NCBI GenBank assembly: GCA_003559855.1
Contig: PWJZ01000057.1
Coordinates: 33,244-97,243 of the forward strand
Direction: 5' to 3'
DNA length: 64,000 nt
Source: Bacteroidales bacterium
Lineage (GTDB): Bacteria > Bacteroidota > Bacteroidia > Bacteroidales > UBA7960
Shown piece by piece: positions 18,893-27,460 of this stretch. The translations under genes were made by a program, and so were the position numbers. A model generated the notes under the pieces. The model saw only the letters and a list, made by a program, of their open reading frames with translations, was not told the origin of the DNA and did not search any database. The stretch's first letter is position 1. Each line of letters starts with the position of its first letter.

Positions 18893-19047
18893 AAGTCAAA
18901 GTTTTTTGGTTTGTGCTATTCCGATTATAATTGGTTAATACCGGGGGTGTACCTTTTAAACAACCATCCCGGTTTATTTTCTGATACACCCCCTTTTTTC
19001 AAGCCTAATCGATATATCATATTTTAGATATTCGAAATATCATTGCT

Positions 19048-19479
19048 TTATGATATATCAATTTGCTTGGGTGGTTTTTGCTTAGTTTCTTCTTTCTTCG
19101 GAATCCGCACATAAAGAATTCCGTCTTTGTGATTAGCCTTTATTTTTTCGACATTGGCACTTTCGGGTAATGTAAATGAACGGCTGAATTTACTGTAATT
19201 GAATTCACAGCGCATGAACTTTTCATCTTTCTGTTCATCTTTTACTTCTTTTTCGGATGAAATGGTCAATACATCGTTCTCGAGATCGATCTTGAAATCG
19301 TTTTTCTCAAGACCAGGTGCTGCTACTTCAATCCTGTATTCATCGTTATTCTCTGCAAGGTTTACAGCCGGTACATTTATCCCGGTTCTTTCACTGAAAA
19401 AATTATCCATGAAATCACGTCCGAAAAAATCATCTACAAGGCTTGGCATGTTTAATCTGCTTCTTAATGTTGGTAACAT
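19048..19479 (-). CDS. Hsp20/alpha-crystallin small heat-shock protein
   Basis: 143-aa ORF (YRIEVAAPGLEKNDFKIDLENDVLTISSEK...RSFTLPE...DGILYVRIPK). A strong AAAGGAGGG lies 8 nt upstream of the ATG. Confidence 0.9.
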   Translation of the reverse strand: MLPTLRSRLNMPSLVDDFFGRDFMDNFFSERTGINVPAVNLAENNDEYRIEVAAPGLEKNDFKIDLENDVLTISSEKEVKDEQKDEKFMRCEFNYSKFSRSFTLPESANVEKIKANHKDGILYVRIPKKEETKQKPPKQIDIS

Positions 19480-19657
19480 ATCTCAACCCTCCTTTATTTT
19501 TTATGGTTAAACATTTAATTGATTCCAAACATTTTCATTTTAATTATAACAAAGCCAATGCCATTGAAAAGTAAATGTCAAAATGATAGGATAAGTGTAA
19601 AACAGTCTGACAATCAGTCATATACAGGCGCAAAACCTGTCAATATGGCACACCCGT

Positions 19658-20782
19658 TTAATCACTAATTATTTTTTTTAAAGTCTTTACAAATTCGTCA
19701 ATTTCTTCGGGTTTATTAAACTTGCTGAATGAAACTCTCAAAGATGGTTTTTCGGGTTTCAGCCCGAGTGATGATATTACATGGGAAGGCTTGTTGCTGC
19801 CGGAACTGCAAGCACTTCCGCCCGAAACGGATATTCCTTCAATGTCAAGTTTGACAGGCAACATTTCAAAACTTTTACTCGTGGGTAAACGTAAATTAAC
19901 GATGGTATAAAGTCCTTCTTTTTTGTTATCTCCATAAAATTCGATCTCTGCAAATTCCTGCTGTATTTTTTTCTTAAACCTATGCTTTAAACCTGAGATA
20001 TATTTCCTGTTTTTTTCAATATCATTCATAGCCAGTTCCAATGCCAGTGCCATCCCGGCTATACCATAAACGTTTTCAGTGCCTGCCCTTAGATTTCTCT
20101 CCTGCATTCCGCCTGTTATAAATGGATTTATTTTTTCGCCCGATCCGGCATAAATAAAGCCGGCTCCCTTAGGGCCATGAAATTTATGTGCCGATGCAAC
20201 AGCATAATCAAAACCGAGTGAGCGTAGATTCATATGATATTTTCCAATAGTTTGTACTGTGTCGGAATGGAAAATAGCATTATGTTTATCACATATTTTT
20301 TTTACCTGGCTTGCAGGCAACAGATTGCCAATTTCATTGTTGGCATGCATAAGGCTTACAACGGAACGAGGCGAGTTTGCCAGCAAATCATTCAGATGTC
20401 CGGTATCTGTATTGCCTGCCTGGTCAACATTTACGTAGTTTATTGATAAATCAAAATGTTTTGAAATACTTTCCAGTGTTCTTAATACTGCAGGATGCTC
20501 AAGTCTGCTTGTTATATAATTTATTATTTTCAAACCGAGTGTGCAGTTCCACAAAATGTGGTTGTTGGCTTCGGTACCACCGGACGTGAAAATGATCTCA
20601 GATGAGGAAACGCCAAGCAAAGAGGCAATTTTTTTCCTCGAATTTTCAATCAGTATTTTTGAACGCCGCCCATACTCATGTATCGATGACGGATTTCCAT
20701 ACTCTTCACTAATCAACTTACTGATAAGTTTGGCTACCTCAGGCTCTAAAGGTGTCGAAGCCGCATTGTCAAAGTAAATCAT
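19658..20782 (-). CDS. cysteine desulfurase (NifS/IscS-type, PLP-dependent)
   Basis: 374-aa ORF. The PLP-lysine motif is SAHKFHGPKG and the catalytic Cys loop is SGGSACSSGS. Confidence 0.9.
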   Translation of the reverse strand: MIYFDNAASTPLEPEVAKLISKLISEEYGNPSSIHEYGRRSKILIENSRKKIASLLGVSSSEIIFTSGGTEANNHILWNCTLGLKIINYITSRLEHPAVLRTLESISKHFDLSINYVNVDQAGNTDTGHLNDLLANSPRSVVSLMHANNEIGNLLPASQVKKICDKHNAIFHSDTVQTIGKYHMNLRSLGFDYAVASAHKFHGPKGAGFIYAGSGEKINPFITGGMQERNLRAGTENVYGIAGMALALELAMNDIEKNRKYISGLKHRFKKKIQQEFAEIEFYGDNKKEGLYTIVNLRLPTSKSFEMLPVKLDIEGISVSGGSACSSGSNKPSHVISSLGLKPEKPSLRVSFSKFNKPEEIDEFVKTLKKIISD

Positions 20783-21075
20783 TTTCCGTATGTTTTAATT
20801 TTAAGATCATATTTTTCAGTAAAATTAATAATTAGATGTAAAATATATTTTTAAAGTGATCAGCTTGAAAAAAAAATTTCGTGAAAAAAATATTCTTTCC
20901 ACGGCTCTATAAGTGATTTTTTTCATTTTTAATCTTAAATATATCAAAATTATTTTTTGTTTTAAAAACAAAACATTATTTTTGATAAGTTGGTAAAAAG
21001 TTTAATTTGGCTTATTTCATATTTAGGCTATATTATTTAGTTAAAACACTGAAAATCAAAAATGTATAATTTGTT

Positions 21076-21831
21076 GTGTCTGATAGTTTAATAATTATTC
21101 CGACATATAATGAGAGGGAGAATATAGAAAAGCTTATCAGGAAGATTTTTTCATTGCCGAAAGATTTTCATATATTGGTTATTGATGATAATTCTCCTGA
21201 CGGTACGGCCCTGGCAGTCAAGCAATTGTTATCTGAGTTTGAGTGCAGGTTGTTCCTGGATGTTCGTGAAGCGAAGCTTGGGCTGGGTACTGCGTATATA
21301 TTGGGTTTTAAATGGGCGCTTGAGCGGAGTTACAATTATATTTTTGAGATGGATGCTGATTTTTCGCACAATCCTGCGGATCTGATAAGACTTTACAATA
21401 CCTGTGCAGTTGAAGGATTTGACCTTGCCATCGGCTCAAGATATATTCACGGTGTTAATGTTATTAACTGGCCAATGGGCAGAGTATTGATGTCGTATTA
21501 TGCCTCAGCATATGTCAGATTGGTAACAGGTATGAAAATACGCGACACAACCGCAGGTTTTAAATGTTATAAAAGAGAAGTGCTTGAAGCAATAAATCTG
21601 GATAGAATAAGATTTTCCGGATATGCTTTTCAAATTGAGATGAAATATATTACATGGAAGCTCGGCTTTAAGATCAAGGAGGTTTCAATTATTTTTACAG
21701 ACAGATCTGAGGGTGATTCGAAGATGAGCAAGGGGATATTCAGGGAAGCGGTGCTGGGTGTGATTTCTTTAAGATTGAAAAGTATATTCAAAAGGTACAG
21801 GAAAAAACAGGTAGAGCCGGCTACCGCCTGA
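21076..21831 (+). CDS. GT2 polyprenol-phosphate mannosyl/glycosyltransferase (Dpm1-like)
   Basis: 251-aa ORF with a GTG start. Motifs: IIIPTYNERENI, VIDDNSPDGT, EMDADFSH. Confidence 0.85.
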   Translation: MSDSLIIIPTYNERENIEKLIRKIFSLPKDFHILVIDDNSPDGTALAVKQLLSEFECRLFLDVREAKLGLGTAYILGFKWALERSYNYIFEMDADFSHNPADLIRLYNTCAVEGFDLAIGSRYIHGVNVINWPMGRVLMSYYASAYVRLVTGMKIRDTTAGFKCYKREVLEAINLDRIRFSGYAFQIEMKYITWKLGFKIKEVSIIFTDRSEGDSKMSKGIFREAVLGVISLRLKSIFKRYRKKQVEPATA

Positions 21832-21863
21832 ATCATTACTTTCAAAAATAATCAATCGTTGAT

Positions 21864-23213
21864 ATGGCTTCAAAACTTTATTTGAAAAACGGTGTTATCA
21901 TTAATGAAGGCCGTGTTTTCGAAGGTGGTATTTTAATTGACGGCGAATATATTTCCGATATTATAGAATATAGAGATGATTATTCTGAGCCTTTCGGCGT
22001 GAAGATTTTGGATTTGGGTGGTTTGTATGTTTTTCCGGGAATCATCGACACTCATGTTCATTTTCGCGAACCGGGCATGATAGATAAGGGTGATATTGCT
22101 ACGGAGTCGAAAGCTGCCATTGCAGGGGGTGTAACCTCCATCATGGAAATGCCCAATACCAATCCGCAAACAACATCCATTAAGAAACTTGAAGAAAAAA
22201 TCAATATCGCGGAGAGAAGCTCGCTGGTTAACTATTCTTTTTATCTCGGAGCAACAAATAATAACCTGAATGAGCTTATGGCGGCTGATCCGTCATATGT
22301 GCCCGGCATAAAAGTCTTTTTGGGTGCATCTACAGGCAATATGCTTGTGGATAATAAGGAAAGCCTTGAAGCAATATTCAATAAGGTGAAAATGCTTATT
22401 GCCGTTCATTGTGAAGATGAAAAAATTATCAGGAAAAATTTGCTGAAAGCAAAAGCCGAGTATGGGGATAATATACCTTTTGAATTACATCCTGTTATAA
22501 GAAGCACTACAGCTTGCTACAAGAGTTCATTGAACGCTGTCAGCCTGGCATTGAAGTACAAAGCCAGGCTTCATTTGTTGCATATTAGCACCGAAAAGGA
22601 AGCAGAGCTTTTCTCTGATATTCCGTGCGGTACCGGCAAACAGATAACTGCCGAGGCTTGCATTCATCATCTCTGGTTTACCGATGAGGACTACCCCGTA
22701 AAAAAATCATTGATCAAATGGAATCCGGCAGTTAAAGGATATATTGATCGTGAAGCGCTCCGAAAAAATATCAATACTGATAAAATTGATATCGTATCTA
22801 CCGATCATGCTCCGCATACCTGTGAGGAGAAACAGAAACCATACCTCTCATGCCCTTCGGGTGCCCCTATGGTGCAACATTCCTTAACGGTAATGCTTGA
22901 GCTTTTTCATCAGAAAGTGATAAACCCCGCAACTATTGCCGCTAAAATGTGTCATAACCCCGCAAAATGTTTTAATATCGAAAAACGCGGGTTCATACGT
23001 AAAGGATATTATGCCGACCTTGCTATTGTTGACTTTGATTCAAAATGGAAGATCGAAAAGAATAATATTATTTATAAATGCGGCTGGTCACCTCTGGAAG
23101 AAGAAATATTCAATTCGCAGGTAATTCATACTTTCGTTAATGGAAAACATGTTTACAATAAAAACGTTATTAATGAATCAAATAAGGGAAAACTGTTATG
23201 TTTTTCGAAATGA
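21864..23213 (+). CDS. pyrC: dihydroorotase (long, amidohydrolase type)
   Basis: 449-aa ORF. Motifs: GIIDTHVHFREPG (HxH), STDHAPH. Confidence 0.85.
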   Translation: MASKLYLKNGVIINEGRVFEGGILIDGEYISDIIEYRDDYSEPFGVKILDLGGLYVFPGIIDTHVHFREPGMIDKGDIATESKAAIAGGVTSIMEMPNTNPQTTSIKKLEEKINIAERSSLVNYSFYLGATNNNLNELMAADPSYVPGIKVFLGASTGNMLVDNKESLEAIFNKVKMLIAVHCEDEKIIRKNLLKAKAEYGDNIPFELHPVIRSTTACYKSSLNAVSLALKYKARLHLLHISTEKEAELFSDIPCGTGKQITAEACIHHLWFTDEDYPVKKSLIKWNPAVKGYIDREALRKNINTDKIDIVSTDHAPHTCEEKQKPYLSCPSGAPMVQHSLTVMLELFHQKVINPATIAAKMCHNPAKCFNIEKRGFIRKGYYADLAIVDFDSKWKIEKNNIIYKCGWSPLEEEIFNSQVIHTFVNGKHVYNKNVINESNKGKLLCFSK

Positions 23214-23260
23214 ACGATTCTTATAAATCTACTCCTGAGAAGAAATATAACCATACAGGC

Positions 23261-23707
23261 ATGAAGGTGCGAAGATTCACAAAAAATATTTTCCGGTTTA
23301 ATAATTTGAAGAGGTTATTATATGTTTGGGTGATTTTATTTTCATTACTATCTTGTACTTTTTTTTCTGGCAAGGGTAAGTGTGAAAGGCTGATTGAGAA
23401 GGAAAAGATGGTTGAGATCATGACCGACCTCTATCTTCTGGAGGCTTATATTCAAATCACTGCGCGTTCCAGGCCGGAAATTCAAGATTCTTTGCACTAT
23501 TTATATGCGGGGTTATTTAAAAAACATGATATTTCAAGGGAAACTTTTAATAAGGCATTGGAATGTTATTCGCTCGACAGGGATAAGATGGCATATCTGA
23601 ATGAGGAGGTACTCAATAATATAAGTATTATCGAGAGCCGTAAGCCTGCTGAAAAGACGGAACCCGGCAGATTTTTTCCGGAAGAATTGCCGAGAGAGGA
23701 AGATTAG
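23261..23707 (+). CDS. DUF4296-like lipoprotein
   Basis: The ATG at 23261 gives MKVRRF...VWVILFSLLSC (lipobox). KMVEIMTDLYLLEAY resembles DUF4296. The track ORF starts at 23198 and overlaps pyrC, so I prefer the internal start. Confidence 0.6.
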   Translation: MKVRRFTKNIFRFNNLKRLLYVWVILFSLLSCTFFSGKGKCERLIEKEKMVEIMTDLYLLEAYIQITARSRPEIQDSLHYLYAGLFKKHDISRETFNKALECYSLDRDKMAYLNEEVLNNISIIESRKPAEKTEPGRFFPEELPREED

Positions 23708-23711
23708 ACTG

Positions 23712-24140
23712 TTAATCCCTGTAGTATTTTGCTATTACGGTGTCCATATCAGCACCAGTAAAAGCCGTATGTTCCAGGTTAATTTCACCGTTTTCATAAA
23801 TACCATTTCCTTTAATTTCGATACCGCCTTCTTCCTCGCATATTATTTGTTTTGGTATAGTAAGAACATTTCCCGTTATCAAAGCAACGGCTTGTTCCTG
23901 CATACCCTGAAAATAAAAATTGGCGATAAGAATTTCATAGCTGTTTTGTGGATTGCGCGTTATTTCTACGTCGTAGTTGTAGCCGTCACCATATACCACA
24001 CTCGATTCTTCACACTTCCACTTTCCCAGAAATTTTTCGACCGGATCAAGGTCATCATGAATATCATCAATTTCACAACCGAACATTAAAAAACCGACAA
24101 CCGTACATGCAACTATTAATTGTTTGACAGAATTTTTCAT
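23712..24140 (-). CDS. small lipocalin-like lipoprotein (hypothetical)
   Basis: 142-aa ORF with a lipobox (VVGFLMFGC) and an FLGKWKC motif. Confidence 0.6.
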   Translation of the reverse strand: MKNSVKQLIVACTVVGFLMFGCEIDDIHDDLDPVEKFLGKWKCEESSVVYGDGYNYDVEITRNPQNSYEILIANFYFQGMQEQAVALITGNVLTIPKQIICEEEGGIEIKGNGIYENGEINLEHTAFTGADMDTVIAKYYRD

Positions 24141-24209
24141 ATTATTTATAAGTTTTTGACCAGTAATGAATTTGTATTGTTAAAAATTGTTTTTTCACGG
24201 TATATTTGT

Positions 24210-26216
24210 TCAGAACAGTTTGTTGATCAATTCATCATCTGCAATATTGGGCATAGTTATTTTCAGCGATGGTTTATGTTTCATGGCTCTGTTGATTGCA
24301 AACATTGCTTCTTTGTTTCTTGCCCAGCTTCTTCGTGCGATGCCGTTATTCACATCCCAGAATAGCATTGATTCCAGTCGTTTGCCGGCTTCTGCCGAGC
24401 CATCGAGCAATAAGCCGAAGCCACCGTTGATTGCTTCACCCCATCCGACGCCCCCGCCATTGTGTATCGACACCCATGTTGCGCCCCTGAAGCTGTCGCC
24501 GATGACATTATGAACAGACATATCGGCGGTGAATTGAGAGCCATCATAGATATTTGAAGTTTCCCTGTAGGGTGAATCGGTCCCGGAAACATCGTGGTGG
24601 TCTCTGCCTAAAACAATGGGAGCAGAAACCAGCCCGTCGCGTATAGCATCGTTAAAGGCTCTTGCAATTCTTATCCTGCCCTCCGCATCGGCATATAGGA
24701 TCCTTGCCTGTGAGCCGACAACCAGCCTGTTTTCTTCGGCTTGTCTTATCCAGCGAAGATTGTCCGATAACTGCATTTTTATCTCTCCAGGTGCCGACTT
24801 CATCATATCTTCCAGAACGTTTGCCGCTATGTGGTCGGTAACTCTTAAATCTTCAGGCTTTGAGGAAGTGCATACCCATCTGAACGGGCCAAATCCGTAG
24901 TCAAAACACAATGGCCCCATTATATCCTGCACATAAGACGGATACTTGTATTTACCATCTTTATTGAATATGTCGGCGCCTGCCCTCCCCGCTTCAAGCA
25001 AAAAGGCATTGCCGTAATCCCAGAAATACATGCCACGTTTCGACATCGTATTAATGGCTTTTACTTGCCTTTTCAAAGATTGATGAACATGCTTTTTGAA
25101 TTTATCCGGGTTTTCCGCCATCATCATATTGGCTTCTTCAAAAGAGAGTCCGGCGGGATAGTAGCCGCCTGCATAAGGATTATGCAATGATGTTTGGTCT
25201 GAGCCCATGTCAACTTTAACATTCTTTTCAACAAGTTTTTCCCACAGGTCAACTATGTTGCCTTTGTAGGCAAGCGACACGGCTTCTTTATTGCCGCGTG
25301 CATCGTTTACTCTGTCGATCAACGGGTTTAAATCATCAAATACTTCATCAATCCATCCCTGCGAATATCTTGTGTTGAGTGCTTTAGGGTTTACTTCCGC
25401 TACTACGCTCACCGCGCCTGCGATAACGCTGGCTTTTGGTTGTGCGCCTGACATGCCGCCGAGCCCGCTGGTTACAAATACTTTTCCGGCCAGCCCATCC
25501 CGGCCCGATCTTATCAGCCGTCCCGCATTGAGTATGGTGATAGTAGTGCCGTGTACAATTCCCTGCGGTCCGATATACATGAATGATCCGGCAGTCATTT
25601 GACCGTATTGTGTTGCTCCCAGTGCATTAAACCTTTCCCAGTCATCGGGCTTTGAATAGTTGGGCACCATCATACCGTTGGTGACTACTGCCCTTGGAGC
25701 TTCTTTGTGCGACGGGAACAAGCCCACAGGATGACCGCTATAGAGCACAAGGGTTTGCTCGTCGGTCATGGTAGCAAGGTATTTCATGGTAAGCAGGTAT
25801 TGAGCCCAGTTTTGGAATACCGCACCATTGCCTCCATAAGTGATCAGCTCATGCGGATGCTGAGCCAAACCATTGTCAAGATTATTGCAAAGCATCAACA
25901 TGATGGCGGCTGCCTGCTTTGATTTATGAGGGAAAGCACTAATGCTGCGGGCAGTGATATCATAACGGGGACGAAACCGGTACATGTATATGCGCCCGTA
26001 ATTCTGAAGCTCATCAAGAAATTCGGGCGCAAGAACCTTATGATGCCTTACGGGGAAATAACGTAACGCATTTTTTAGTGCAAGCTTTTTCTCTTCAGTG
26101 GTAATTATATCTTTTCGTTTCGGTGCATGATTGATACTGGCATCATAGGGTTGCGGCTCAGGCAATTTGTCGGGAATACCCTGTAAAACAGCTTTCTGAA
26201 AATCCTTTAAGTCCAT
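24210..26216 (-). CDS. hutU: urocanate hydratase (long form)
   Basis: 668-aa ORF with urocanase signatures (GLGGMSGAQP, GSFMYIGPQGIVHGT, RDHHDVSGTDSPYRETS). Confidence 0.95.
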   Translation of the reverse strand: MDLKDFQKAVLQGIPDKLPEPQPYDASINHAPKRKDIITTEEKKLALKNALRYFPVRHHKVLAPEFLDELQNYGRIYMYRFRPRYDITARSISAFPHKSKQAAAIMLMLCNNLDNGLAQHPHELITYGGNGAVFQNWAQYLLTMKYLATMTDEQTLVLYSGHPVGLFPSHKEAPRAVVTNGMMVPNYSKPDDWERFNALGATQYGQMTAGSFMYIGPQGIVHGTTITILNAGRLIRSGRDGLAGKVFVTSGLGGMSGAQPKASVIAGAVSVVAEVNPKALNTRYSQGWIDEVFDDLNPLIDRVNDARGNKEAVSLAYKGNIVDLWEKLVEKNVKVDMGSDQTSLHNPYAGGYYPAGLSFEEANMMMAENPDKFKKHVHQSLKRQVKAINTMSKRGMYFWDYGNAFLLEAGRAGADIFNKDGKYKYPSYVQDIMGPLCFDYGFGPFRWVCTSSKPEDLRVTDHIAANVLEDMMKSAPGEIKMQLSDNLRWIRQAEENRLVVGSQARILYADAEGRIRIARAFNDAIRDGLVSAPIVLGRDHHDVSGTDSPYRETSNIYDGSQFTADMSVHNVIGDSFRGATWVSIHNGGGVGWGEAINGGFGLLLDGSAEAGKRLESMLFWDVNNGIARRSWARNKEAMFAINRAMKHKPSLKITMPNIADDELINKLF

Positions 26217-26285
26217 ATAGTCGTTTTGTTTATTTGTTTAACCACCTGGTCTGCATTGAGCTGCAGCGATTCTGCGGTGCCGGAT

Positions 26286-26341
26286 CATTGGTTATTGGTT
26301 GTTGGTCATTGGTCCGTCGGTAATTTGTTATTGGCAATATT
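26286..26341. repeat. degenerate 7-nt-period tandem repeat (CATTGGT family, 8 units in register)
   Basis: cattggt tattggt tgttggt cattggt ccgtcgg taatttg ttattgg caatatt. Confidence 0.7.
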
Positions 26342-26358
26342 TATGATTCATAACTCTT

Positions 26359-26787
26359 TTACGGGCACTCATCGGTTTTCTCTACATCAAAATATGTGAA
26401 GCCCCAGTCAAATATGTCAGATTCAATGTCTTCAATAGTAATTTCTTCTGACTGAAACCTTAAGCCTGCCGGCCCGCCGCGTTTACTTTGACCCGGCGCG
26501 AAGCATTTATTAATGTCTTCACTCTCGTGAACCAGGATTGCCGATTTATAAAAACCTACGGCAAAGCTTATATTTACCGGATGATCATTGGTATTTATCA
26601 GACGAAGGTTCAGAATGGTCCGGCTGTCTTGTTTGAAGATATTGGAACGTTGCCAGCGGTACATTATGGTAATACCGTCTATGGTATCCGTTTCGCTGTA
26701 CCTTATTTGAGCATCAGCCGGCAGGCAAAAGGAAATTAATAGCATAATAATGGTTAAAGACAATGATTTAATGCTGATCTTTTTCAT
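26359..26787 (-). CDS. secreted hypothetical protein
   Basis: 142-aa ORF with a signal peptide (MKKISIKSLSLTIIMLLISFCLPADAQ). No recognisable motif. Confidence 0.55.
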   Translation of the reverse strand: MKKISIKSLSLTIIMLLISFCLPADAQIRYSETDTIDGITIMYRWQRSNIFKQDSRTILNLRLINTNDHPVNISFAVGFYKSAILVHESEDINKCFAPGQSKRGGPAGLRFQSEEITIEDIESDIFDWGFTYFDVEKTDECP

Positions 26788-27164
26788 CCGGTTATATTAT
26801 TGTTATTTAATAATATTGAGTTCACTCTGAAAAGTCGTTTTGGTTTTTCGCAGAGTTGTAACAGTTGCAAAGAAAAAATGTAAACTACTTAAAATTAAAG
26901 CTTTATGCTCCTGAACTTTTTGTATGAAATATTCAATTTTAATCATTTTTGAATTTGACTTGATGAAAAAGTCTATGTATTAATATTGAAACATGCAGTT
27001 TCAAAGATAGGTAAAACATTGTAATTGCAGGAATAATTTTTTGTTTATTTATTAAATGTGCATGCAAACTTATCTTTCACCAATTTATTTTCATTACAAT
27101 CAAAATTTAACCTTACCTTTTCTTATATGTTTTGTTCAAATGCGCATTAGAATAAACCTTATCT

Positions 27165-27380
27165 CACTAGTGTCCGATTAAAATTAATCTTGCCACAACG
27201 AGACACCAAAACACAAAGAAACACTAAGTGTTACGTGCTGTAATTCAGCACTTTGTGAGTCTTTGAGTCTTAGTGGCTATAATTAATTTAAGTTTATAAT
27301 CAAATAATTATAATTTCTTTTGTAATGACTGGTATTAAAAGAAAATAAACAATTTTAAAAATTTTAATCGGACGCTAGTG
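27165..27380. mobile_element. MITE-like non-autonomous element, copy 1 (21-nt TIRs, 9-bp TSD)
   Basis: Left end is CACTAGTGTCCGATTAAAATT; the right end reverse-complements to CACTAGCGTCCGATTAAAATT. A perfect direct repeat ACCTTATCT flanks it at 27156-27164 and 27381-27389. There is no ORF. The interior forms a long hairpin at 27192-27277. Confidence 0.65.
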
Positions 27381-27460
27381 ACCTTATCTTTTTATTAAAT
27401 GTCTGCGCAAATCCGCATGAGAAAAAACCTTACAGATAAGAATTAAACAATAACAATGTA

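Noticed and set aside
26286-26341. The short-period repeats as CRISPR arrays or coding microsatellites.
   Set aside because: Units are 7-8 nt with no spacers, the arrays are under 70 bp, there are no cas genes, and they lie outside ORFs.
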